NCBI GenBank assembly: GCA_964270895.1
Contig: OZ185435.1
Direction: 5' to 3' (one strand)
DNA length: 64,000 bases
Origin: Podarcis filfolensis
Taxonomy: Eukaryota
Shown: positions 11,850-23,290 of the stretch, piece after piece
How positions within the stretch are numbered: the first letter of the stretch is position 1
Layout of the letters: each line of letters opens with the position of its first letter
The notes under the pieces: generated by a model
Database searches by the model: none
What the model was told of the DNA's origin: nothing
What the model saw: only the letters and a program-made list of their open reading frames with translations
Position numbers and translations under genes: made by a program

Positions 11850-13800
11850 ATTCCTTTTGTTATAGGTAGTGCCCGTCTCCTCCCTTCCGGAGATGGAGCG
11901 CTTGCATGCAAAGTGCAAGGAAAGCGCCCACAAGAACAAATAAGGCTGCAGTCCTAGGCGCACTTTACAGTACAAGGAAACAAGTCCCGTCGAACTCCAG
12001 CGGGATCGCCGCCTCAGTCAACGTTTAGGCTCACGAGAGGTGGCTGCAATTCAGTGGCGATGCTTCCCAGCGATCAATTCATCGGAATTACTTCCGAGTA
12101 AGCACGCCTAGGACCGAAGTGTAAAGGCGCTGCGAAAGCTCGCCGAAGACAGGAAACGCAAATAATTAAAAATTGACTTCGGTCCCGGGAATCTTCCTCC
12201 ATTGCCACCGGCGGAAGTTTTGCATGTTGAATTGCAATGTGAGCGCATCCTTGCAATGTAAAGGGATGGAGAGCGTTCCTGTCTCTTTTAGTGGAAACCT
12301 GGCTTTGTTTATTATTTTAAGCAATATTTCCTTGTTTTCCCTTCTTATGCGGTTCCCCCTTTTTTTTTGTCTGTATCTCCTCTCCTCTCTTTTTTTTAAA
12401 AAAAGAAATTCTACAATGGAGTTTCCTATTGGATAGCCTCGGCTCCCTGATTGATGCCTGCCTCCCATTGGAGCCGTGCAGAAGCTGACATCACTTAGGG
12501 AAAAAGGGGCTGGGCTGGAGCGCACAGTTTGTCACCACCCAGCCTCCTTTGCCGTCGGCTGGGTGCAACTTCCATTTTAGGTGTTGGAGCTGAGCGAGGG
12601 GGGGAGGGCGAAAGAAAAAGCGAGAGAAAAGGTCCCGCAGGAAAAGGAGGAGGAGCAGGAGATCGCTGCAGCGCTCCTCGGTTTTTTTTTCGTCGCCTTT
12701 TGTGTGCGCGCGCGCTGCTGCTGGTGTTTTTATATATATAAAAAAGCTCCCTTTGAGATTTTATTCTTGGAGTCTTTAGTGCTTTTGTTAGGAAACGGCA
12801 CGCTTTTTTTATTATTTCCTCCTCCCGCACGCCCTCTGCCTTGCATTTGCAGCGGGACAAAAAGGCGTCTGGTCCCGTGCAGTCTCTACACGAAGTTGTC
12901 AAGCTGAATGATCAGAGGAGGAAACTGAGGAGCACTTGGCTCGGCGGCGACTCTCACGGACGCGAGAAAAGAAAAGCCTGCCTCTTCTCTCCAACCCCCC
13001 CTCCCCGCCACACGCCTCTTTTTTTAAAAAAACAAAAACCTGTAAGAAGGGAAGAAGTAAAACTTGCTTAGTTAGCATTCGAGAGAGGGGCTGCGCGATT
13101 CCCGAAGGGGAGAGTGCGGGGGGCAAAAAAGACAAAGGTAAGGCGGTGCATTACAATAAAAGCACCTCTCCCCTCCCTCCCTTGAAGAAAAACTTTTGTG
13201 TTGTGTGGAAGGTGGTGGGCATTGGAGGGCTGCTGGCTCCCCCCTTTCTCCTCCCCCTCCCTTTCTTGTGGCGACTGAAGGAGAGGAATGTGAGGGGAGT
13301 TCCTGGGAAAGGAGGTTTCCCTCCCCCGGTTTCCCAAGGTGCCGCTTCGGAAGAGAGGGGAGAGAGGAGTTGGGCCGCGCGCGTCGCTCTCCCTCGCGGC
13401 TCCCGTGTCAAACGCGCTCCGAAAGGCACCGGGCTGGGTGGATCCCATTTTGCTTCTCCCCAGGTGCGTTTGGGTGGGGGCCTCTTTCTCTTGTTCTCCA
13501 AAAGCTGCTTCGAAACGGACTCCCAAGTTAGCCGCTCGGAACTCGCCTCTTTGGGTAGAAGGACGCAAAATTCCTCCTTCGTTTTTTCTTTTTTTTAAAG
13601 TAGGGGCTGCTAGCCTCCGCCTTTCAGGGAGTGGGGAGTGGGCCTTTTGCCACCGGGCATTGAGAGGTAACTGGATTTTTATCTACTGGTCTAAGCAACC
13701 TTGCCTTTGTTTTAAAGGGTTGAGATTTTTTAAAAACGCTGAAGCCTTTTCGTCGGCTAGCCTTCTGGCGACTTGCGAACTTTTTTTTTTTACTACTAAT
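11850..13800. promoter_or_regulatory. CTNND1: CpG island / CTNND1 promoter region
   Basis: Dense CpG and GC-rich sequence against a CpG-depleted background. Reverse CCAAT boxes (ATTGG at ~12428 and ~12467), ETS-like CGGAAGT near 12212, YY1-like CCATTTT at 12572-12578. Confidence 0.85.
12525..13137 (+). other. CTNND1: CTNND1 non-coding exon 1 (3' boundary tentative)
   Basis: CAGTTTGTCACCACCCAG...GGCTGGGTGCAACTTCCATTTTAGGTGTTGGA matches the human CTNND1 5'UTR start as I recall it. The best nearby donor is AAG|GTAAGG at 13137/13138, but other donors are possible. Confidence 0.6.
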
Positions 13801-16800
13801 TACCTAAATCGTTAAAATATTTGGGGGTGTCTCTATAAAAGCAGGAATGCTCATGAAACCAGCTGATGCTTAGGCTTAAATTTCATTAGGATGGGTCTCC
13901 CACCAGTCAGAAGTACCAGCGGCATTCAGGATCTTGGTTAGCTGTACTCTGAAATCTTTGTAAGAAACTTAACTGCATTTGCTCCCACATTTATCCCTTG
14001 CTCCCACATTTATCCCATCTCTGATTCTTTCATCCTTCCCCTCTCTTGTTTTTCCTTTGTTGAATTTTAGGCTGCTTTTGGGCAGAGATGTGCCTCTGTT
14101 AACTCTAGAAAAGTGCGCTGATCGGGGATGTGTGAATACCTGCCCCCCCATAGAACTTGTGATTATATTTTGGATTTCTTATTATTCAAGACAGGAGTTG
14201 AAAGGGGGACTCCTGGGGAAAGCATGCTCTGGATTCTGGATCTTGTGGAGGATGTGGATCCCAGACAAAGATGCTAACATCCAAAAGCAATTTTCACAGA
14301 CCACCATACCCGTATTGTGCTGAGTGGATAGAATAGCAAAAGGAGGAGCAATTCACAATGCAGCTGTCGGAGAGAGTTGGTTGAGTTCCTGTACTGTCCG
14401 TTCTGTGCCATTTTGTTTCTTCTGCTGTTGCTTGTCCAGGTCCTCTGAGGTAGAGAATCCAGTGGAATTGCAGTACAGTAGTAACCTGCCTTGGCCACCA
14501 AGCCCTTAAGAAAGCTCACTCTCTGTGAGGCCCGAACACAAAGACACTTCAAAAAGGAGCAGGGAGGGGCTTTCTGTGTTTGGGTCTAACAAAACAAGAC
14601 AGGGCAGCTTGTGAGTTCAGAAGTCGCCCTATAACACAATAATATATATCTAAAATGTTAGAAATCCTGGCTTTCTGCCAGTGAGAACAAATGCGTGCAG
14701 TAGAAGAGATTGTCCTGTCCTCCAGTACAAAGGAAGTATGGGATTGGCAGAGTACAGGCACTCTCCCTGCCTCCCTTGAGATCTACAGAGAAATGCCTTA
14801 ATATCAAAGGACTGGTAGTTATGGGGCTCTTGCCACTATCTCTCTTCCCCTTTTGCTTTGTGATAGTACCACTTGGGCTGAATATACATTTCCTGGAGCG
14901 GTGAGCAGCCACTGATCTTTTTTATAGTCCAGGCTTTGGGAGAGAGAAGCTTGTGAACAGACTAGTGAAGGTTTCTCGTGGCAGTGGAGATGGATCCTAT
15001 ATAGCTTAGCCCTCATGCTTCTTGAGGTGGTTCCTTTGGGGTGGTGGGGAGGGACAATTTGGCGGGTGGTGGGGTGTCACCTAAGCTCCATCTGAATGGA
15101 GTAAATAGACTGAACCATTGACTCCTTTTCTGCACCTGTATGGACTGAGTCCAAAAATGTTTCTGGCCAGCCTAGTGGATGACTCGGTGGGAACATGAAA
15201 CCCTTTCAGAAAAGTAGCACGTAAACACATATGAGTACTCTGTAAAGCTCATGGCCGCCTTTTGAGGAAGCAAAGTTCAGCACTCTGGTACCTGAGTTGC
15301 AGACTGCTTGCTTGCACTCTGGGGTGGGGCAGTGTGCTAGGCTGAGCACATGCTGAGGGGAATTTCCCTCACCTCCATTTTAAAGAGAAGCATGACTTCT
15401 CAAAGGCCAGCAGTAAGTTGATGGTAGAAAGGCAGCTGCAGCTCCCACCTTAAGAGAAAGTCATAATAAACCTTAACTTCCTGAGCTAAGGAACTTTTTA
15501 GGACTATATTGTAGTGGACAGTGTTGCATGTGAATAAGGTAGTTCTGTGTTACTTAGCCAAAAGGTCCCCTGGTTATAAAATCCATAAGAAGTGTCATCT
15601 GTTAGCTATATTTGTAGTCAAGAACTGCATGCTTAATCTCTGCTTGAGATACCTTGCAGGGCTGTTGTGATTATAATAACATCGAATAACCCCATATGTG
15701 CCATCTAGAGCTCCTTTCAGAAAGGGAGGGATGCAGCATGATAAACATGGTGCTGCCATAGAGGGCCACAATCTGGAGATTGTGGGGAAGCTGTGACCTT
15801 CCAAATATTGCTGGAGTACAATTTCCATCATCCCTGAGCATTTGCTGGTCTGGTGGGAGTATTGAGTCCCATCAACATTTGAAGGGTCACTGGTTCCCCA
15901 TCCCTGATAAAAGGAGCATCAGGCTTGTGCATCTTAGATTTTAGCTGCACTACTGGTTTTGCACACCTTGTGTTACTCTCATCAAGCCTATAGTAATCTG
16001 GAATGGGCTGGGGACAGGCTTCTGTGCTTAGCAAGCAAGGTTGAAAATTTGAGAGAGGACAGTGATGCAAGGCAGAACAAATGTGTCTTGACAGCTCAGT
16101 GGTAAAGTGGGGGACAGGGTTGAACAGGAACAGGCAATAGCAGCGGAACTTGCCATACCACACTTGGTTCCTCTCCTCATATTGGCTCTAGATGGGGATA
16201 TTCTATATTTATATCTGCATATAGTGCTCCTAACTTTCATTTTTGAGAAGTGGCAGACCTGGCTGGGATGGCTTCTGTAGTTTTTCATTTGCTTAAATCT
16301 TGAAGTGGGCTTAAGTGAGGAAGTGGCAAGCTTGGAAATCTTGCAGCTGCTGAGTTTTGGGTGTGCGGCTAGTTGCATGGTAGAAAGATCTCATCCACAA
16401 TGATGTTTGTTGTTTCTGAAATGCTGGCAAAGGGCCTGGGTGGACTTCTACTTATTTTTATACTTGTCCTTGAATCTGAAATTTGCCAAGCTAATTATTT
16501 ATACATGTGGAAAGCAAGTGTCCCTTTGATAAAATGACTTGCAAACTGTCTGTAAATGGAAAAGGAGAGTGTATTGAAAGTCTGCAGGTTAAAATGGCTC
16601 CCCCCCCCACATGAATTGAACAGTGTTATCTGTGCCGCTGCTGATATCAGTAGTTGGAAGGCCAGATAGGTTTAATGAGTTACTGTGATATTGTTGCCAG
16701 CAGGAGCAGTGGGTAGTAGGAGCAGGGTGGGTTGGACTGGCAAACAGGGAGAATGGAGTGAATGGTTCATGATTCTGTAACATGAACTGTGTGAACTTGG

Positions 16801-19656
16801 CTGTCTTTGTTCTTGCCATAGGATTTTGCAATTGAAGCAATTGCTTCCACATAGCTCAAAACTGAGTTTGTCTTAATAGCTTGTAAGAATGTTTGGTTGG
16901 GAGATCATCCTCTGCTAGGTTCTACTTTAGGTAGAAGGGAAGGTTAAGTGGTGTAGAGTGGTGGTTTTATTCGTAAGTGTTCTGCCTGATGAAAGATGGT
17001 AGTTAATGAATGGTCTTCAGATTCAAAAGAATTTGGAAAGCCTTTACTTCTTATAAATACACCCACAGACTGCTGTTAGTCTTGTCCGGATATCTGTATA
17101 CTAAAACTGGAGATCTGGAGCTGAAATCCTATAATGTCATGGAGGTCATTAAGGGATGGTGACAATGCCAGTGATGCTTGCACATTCCTCCATGATGAAG
17201 TAGGACTTGCTGGGGTGTTGTCTAATCAAGGGGCTTCTGAGTTGCTTTTAGAGCTATTCTGGGTTTAGTGACAGGAGGGGAGCTTGCGGAATAGATCTGG
17301 TGGTTGCCATTACCTGAGTCATCAAAGTGTGAGCCACAGCTGTCAGACTTAGGGAAGTACAAACCATGGTGGCTTTACCCTCTAGTAGTGTTTCCTATTT
17401 TGTGGGCTGTATGCAACCACAAGAACTAAGAAGAAGAAAGTGGGTAGGACATTCAGAAAGCATTGGGTTAATTACGGAAGAGAGCCTGCTTGCATTTGTG
17501 CCTTGTTATCCTTAACTTCCAATTATTTGTTCCTTGGGTGTCTTATGTCCCCCTTCTCCATCTGCTCAAAATTGTAACTTGCATGCTCCTTGAGATACAC
17601 TTCTGCTGTCCCCACATCCCCGTTAGCTCTTTGGCTATGTGAGAAATGGGGATGGCCATAAAATGCATAAGAAATAGCTTTTATCAGCCAACCCTGTAGT
17701 TAAGAATTGCATACTTATCTCTTTTGTAAAAGCACACTTGAGGATTTTTGAAATTTTATTTTTACCTATTTATCCTGCTCTGCAACATATTCTGACAGGC
17801 TGGCACATGTTTGTTCTGTTGCAAAATCTCTCATCTGTCATTCTCAAGCGAGACTTTAGCTCATCCATGTAGTTGACTTGGCCTTTGGACATTCTGGGTG
17901 GGGAACAGAGGACAGTGGGAGTCTTGTGGATATTGTATTCCCAGTATGGACTTGTAAGTGCTGCCTTCTGGCTTCACTTCTTATAGCTGGAACTCTGAGA
18001 CAGGTCTGGGGAGACAAGACAAGTGGAATGGTGATGCTGGAAGGAACAAACTACTACTGACAGCGAGACCATTAGTTCTCCCTTTGATTTTCCTGAAACC
18101 TAGTTTCAGGGCAAATGTAGGGAAGGTGCATGTGATGTTATGGAAACAGACTTGCTCAAACTGACTTTGTAACACCGGGATGATTCTGCTGATGGTGTAT
18201 ATTGCCATTAGAAGCCAATCTCCTGGCCTTTCTCTTAAGTGCAGCTTTGGCTGTTCTTGTGGCTAAGTAGAAGCAAGTCCTCGTGACACACCCTTCTGCA
18301 GTTCTTCAACTTACAGCTACTGCCAGCACCCACAATCTCCAAACACAGAGTGTGGCTTGCCAGACAGTTCTGCTGCTGCTGCTGCATTCTCCACAAGTAA
18401 AAACAAAAGTCCTAACAACCTATAGAACATGGGGGCAGGGGCAGAGCCTGTGGCCCTTCAGATGTTGTTGGATTCCCATCAACCCCAGTCAGCACAGCCA
18501 ATGGTTGGGGATGATGAGAGTTCTGCTGTGAAATATGCCATGCTGCGCTTTCCGATGCTGTGTTTGATTGGCCGATGGCTAACCCTTTGTGACTGGTTGA
18601 ATTCCAATGTTGTCACAGACTTTTAAGGTTTGGTTCTGACCCCATGACATACGGATTAAGAGCCGATTCATGCATAAAAATATAACGTGTGCAATACACA
18701 CATCTGGAAAGTACAGAAAGGCTGAGAGGAGCACCAGGGTTGCAAGCAGCTCCCTGTCAGGTGGCAAAGCTGGGTTTGCTGGCCTATAATGGGTCAAACA
18801 GCCCAAGAGCCAAGGTGGCAGAAAACATGATTGTGCCCATCTTCTTTATAGATATTACTGTCATTTGACATGAAGAGGGCAAAAGTTGAGACCATTACCT
18901 TTGGAGGGGGCAGGGGGGTCTGCCTTTTTTTACATACAGGATTTTTACAGTGACCCGCAAGCTAAACTGAATAGGGTCTCTTGCTTCCCCACCCCCCTTC
19001 TCCTCCCCTCCCACCCTTCCAAATTCCTGCTGGGGGGGGGGAAACTCTTGCTTAATATACCCGGAGACCAGCTGTATTGCAACATTAGTGAGTTGCAGGC
19101 CTTGGAAATATTTTCAAATCAGCAACCCCCTACTCCTCCCATGGTTGAAACCAGCCTCCTTTAATGGAAGGGCAATTCGGCACAGTCCTGTCTGCATGTT
19201 AATCGGCACGCCCCTTTCCCTGCCCTCTAGAGTAGTACATACATTTTTTCTGAACATGTTGTTGCATGCACTGCTGCCACTGCCTTGCTTACGAATCAAG
19301 CAAGCTGGTTTTGTCTAGGTGACGGAGAAGCCTGTGCTACTTGCTTCTAGTTGGCCTGAATGTCTTGTTTGAGCCACTCCCGTCCAGAAGAGTTGAAATG
19401 ATTTGCTTTGATAATCCATCTGTTTTCTACCCACCTCCTTTGATTTCCCCCCTCCTATGTCTGCTTGTCCAGGGGTTCCCAAACTGGCCCGCAAGCTTCA
19501 TTCAACTAGTCAGCAGCATGGTTCTGTGAAGAGCACTTAACCATTTGAATTCTATGGAATGGAACTTGTAATGCAATAAAATATAATGTAAGAGATAAAA
19601 ATACAGTTTTGAAAATTGTACAGCACCGCGAGCTTTACAATTCCTGCAACAGGCAT

Positions 19657-19690
<34 letters not shown>

Positions 19691-19704
19691 TAGATATAGA
19701 TAGA
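19657..19704. repeat. (TAGA)n microsatellite
   Basis: Direct reading of the sequence. Confidence 0.95.
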
Positions 19705-21852
19705 AGTGGTCTGCCAGGCCCTTTAGCAATTTTGGGGTGATCTGTGGGAAAAAATGCGTGGGACCCACTGTTCTAGTTGTCATTGCCCTTTACTTGCTGA
19801 TGCCCTCCTTGAGTGGGCCTATCAGTCATTGGCACACAGGAAATGTCACATCAGATTTCTTCCACATTGAGTAATGTGTCTGGGTATGAGACGGTGCCTG
19901 GCTAACTCACAACTGTTATCTGTAGTAGCTGTGAAAATAACACAGCTGATTTCTCATAATGTCATAAGCAGCTTCTAGGTATTATACATCTGAGTCATCT
20001 ATAGGAGGGGAGTTCCGAAAATGTTCTCACTGTTAGGAACCTTTAGTGCATTGGTGTCCCAGTCTAAGGAAGGCATATCGCCATATATAGTGTCTGTCAC
20101 TTGCCAGGTAGTAGGATTGAGGTTTGATGTGCTCAAGTCAAAGAGTAACTTAATAGGTGTGCCTGTGGTCTAGGTGTGAGTGACAGCATTCTGGTGTTTA
20201 GTGAGGTGTGGGGAGGAGGTAAAATGAATATGTTCAAAGAGGGAACATCAGGAGGTAAATGCTCAGCTTTGTGTCCCTGGTTGGCAGGAGGAACAGAGAG
20301 TATGCGTGAGTCTGGAGTTGTTAAAGGAGGCAACTGCTCCACAGCTGTAAAAGAAAAGCATAGATTAGGAATCCTTTGGGGAATAAGTCTGGGTGTCAGT
20401 GCTGTGCTCCCTCAGAATTATCGTCCTGCACCCTTGCTCCTTTCAGGCAAGACAAAATTTAGTGTTCACTAGGCAAACTTGCCTTCTCTTTCCTGCAAGT
20501 TTCTAAACACAATGTCATTTCCTGTCTGACCAGGAAATCCTTGTTTGCTTCCTTCCTTTCTGCCTGAACAACAAAAGGGCTTGCTTTGAAAGCTTTTTGC
20601 ATGACGTTGATGTTTCCTCCCACTTCCCCACCAACTAAATGAGTAGCTCTATGTCTCTTTAGTTTTAAGCCACCTAATTTCAGCTGTAGCTAGTTTTCTA
20701 TTTTGCTGGGCTTTGTGTATCTGGGTTGGGCCAAGACTAGTATGTGAAATTTCAAGTGGGATGCAGATGTAGCTGAGTGGAAAACACAGGGTGCTGTGTG
20801 TGTATATGAGGGATTCAAGGGAAGCATAATCCTTTCTCCTGCTCAAAATGCTGCAACGGATATGTCTCCAAAACATCACCAGTGCTGTAATGAACACCTA
20901 TTTATGTAGTGAACTGAGGACTGAGTGACTTAATCTGCTAGGCAGGGGGATTCCTGTGAAATGTGTGTCTTGCATCGGTGACATGTCCTCTAGCTTGATC
21001 CTTCAGATTTAATAAATAGCCGGATTTTTCTGACCTGGAAAAGTGAAATTGTCCCCCCTGCCCCCACCCCACAGGAGGCCTCCCATCAAAGCCTGAGAAC
21101 AGAATTAAATCAAATACTTAAAGCTTGTGAAGAGTGGCCGTGCTATATAGTGAGATTACATTTTTATTCCCTAAAATTGTTCAGTGCCTGCTAGGTGGAA
21201 GGTAATGCGTCTCTTTGTCCTGTGCCCCCCACAGAGTAAAGAAAGGATTTCTGTCCTGAGAAATGGATGCTTCTATTAGGAGTTGTGTGTAGGTGTTACT
21301 GCAAAGGCCAGCCTCTTTTTTTTCCTTTGCGAGAGAGCGCGCCGTGTTTGCAAGACTTTTGTCAACAACAGCAACAACAACAACAGAGTGGGATGATGGC
21401 AGTAACAGAGGCAGTGCTGCAGATCATATCTACTCTAGCTAACAGTTTTGAGTGCCTGAGTATGAAGTTGTCCAGAGCCCACACCCACAGCAGCTTGGCA
21501 TCCTGCAACATTTGATCGTGCTCTTGTGCAGCTGTGTGGCATGTACCAAAAGAATAGACCTGCAGCACTTGTTATTCCAGATCTGTGCCCACACTCTTCC
21601 TGTTTGCTAGCCAAACTTACCAGGTTGTTTGCACGTTGTTGTACATTGCTTTGATCTTGCATACAGGTTGGAGAAAGAGGAAATGGCCTGGACCACATGG
21701 GCTATGACACAGGGGCTTTTTTTAGTTTTGCTCTGTGGGTTAGTTGGGGCCTGAGTGTCTTTGAATGCTGTGTGTCTTTGATCACCCCAAGGACATAATG
21801 CAGCACCGTCATGATAGGGGTATGCCCTGCCCCCGTGCCATGTAAGTGGGGA

Positions 21853-22070
21853 GGGACCATAACTCAGTGGTAGAGCACATGCTTTGCATGCAGAAAACCC
21901 CAGGTTCAACCCCTGGCACACACACCTCCAGTTTAGTTAAAAGATCAGGTAGCAGGTGATGCAAGGCATCTCTGCCCGAGATGCTGAAGAGCTGCTGTCA
22001 GCAATAGTATACCAGTATTAGGCTCGATGGGCAAATAGTCAGACCTGGTAAAGAGCAGCTTCTTATGTTG
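21853..22070 (+). mobile_element. tRNA-Ala-derived SINE (CORE/Squam-like)
   Basis: Head AACTCAGTGGTAGAGCACATGCTTTGCATGCAGAAAACCCCAGGTTCAACCCCTGGCA (A and B boxes) followed by a non-tRNA body. Degenerate relatives at ~30050-30200, ~32090-32185 (-) and ~59950-60050 (-). Confidence 0.75.
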
Positions 22071-22989
22071 CTCTCTCACAGTGATCCAGTCCATGAGAAT
22101 AGGGACGTTACAAGGTGGGGCTTGTGAAATAAAGAAAGGAGAAGATGACTCAAGCATCACTGTTAGGGCTGTGTATTCTGCCTAGGCATGGAGCTTGTTT
22201 TAACAATCCAAGTCCTGTGTGGAAAAGGTGAATACAATGGCTAGTGCAAAGTCTATGAGGGACCCAGAAAACCCTTCCTCCAATCACTGGAAATCCTAGT
22301 CAACAACAGTCTTGTTTTGCAAGCTTTCACAAAGCGCCCCCCCCCCATGCTTTCATACTTACCTCCACAACTATTTCTTTAATTGAAAGCTGAAATTTTC
22401 AAGAAGATGGATTCGGTATCTCATTGTGGCATGCACACGTTAACCGTGTGTATTTTTAGGGGGCACCGGGTTCTGAGACCAGGAAACTCACATTCTGCCA
22501 TCAGAATTGGGTTGATGATGATCTATTTTTTCTACATTTTTCCTTTAGAGTCCCAATCTACAAGATGGAGACTTTCAAACTGACATTTGGTTGGGAAGAA
22601 ACAGCTGACAGAGCACAGAGCATTGAAAGGATGTGAGGGTTTTGTGTGTAGATTTGTTAAAAGCTTTTTTCAAACAGTACAGTAAAGGACTAACTCAGAA
22701 CTATTGGAAGCCCGCATAGCCCCCGCAACATTTCCAGATAAGATTGTTGCAGTTCTCAAGGCTTTCTGTGTAACTATTACGACTGAAGAAATTATTAGCT
22801 CTGAGGAATTCCCGAACGGAAAAGATGCAGGCTCCTGCAGAAAGGGTTTTCTCAAAAGTTAAGCTGTCCCTTAATGTATCTTACATCTTCAGATCAGTTA
22901 CTAACTTGATTTATTTTTGCAGTCAACATTCGTTGTCTCCTTTCCTTCCTGAGATGTAGCTTAGCCAGCTGATGACACAGTTCCTAGTG

Positions 22990-23290
22990 CAACCATTTGC
23001 AGGGCACTGAAGGAGGCATTTCCTTCATGCAGTGCCTTGGTTGAGACCAAGCCTCCACAACTCCACAAGTGCCCTGCTGGGTCAGACCAAAGGCCCATCC
23101 AGTCCAACATCCTGTTCTCACAGTGGCCAGTCAGATGGAGGCCTGTGGGGAAACCTGCAATTAGGGCCTGAGCATAACAGCATTCTTCCCCACTTGTGAT
23201 TCTCAGCAAATGGTATTCAGAGGCTTCCTGCCCCCGACACTGGAGGCAGTCATAGCTGCAGTTGCTAGTAGCCACTGGTCTCCACACACC
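22990..23290 (-). mobile_element. CR1-type 3'UTR fragment
   Basis: Approximately the reverse complement of 26630-26830 (GGCCACTGTGAGAACA.GATGCTGGACT.GATGGGCC). Confidence 0.6.

Noticed and set aside
12495-13815. Cluster of 100-220 aa ORFs on both strands
   Set aside because: Expected from stop-codon scarcity in a GC-rich CpG island; no recognisable protein motifs.
13979-14016. 19-bp tandem duplication (TTGCTCCCACATTTATCCC x2), and similar short repeats at ~10485-10520
   Set aside because: Only two or three adjacent units with no spacers; ordinary slippage, not CRISPR-like.
21853-21925. tRNA-Ala(TGC)-like sequence
   Set aside because: The acceptor and T stems are mismatched, it runs into a SINE body, and several degenerate copies exist in the window. 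It is a SINE head, not a tRNA gene.
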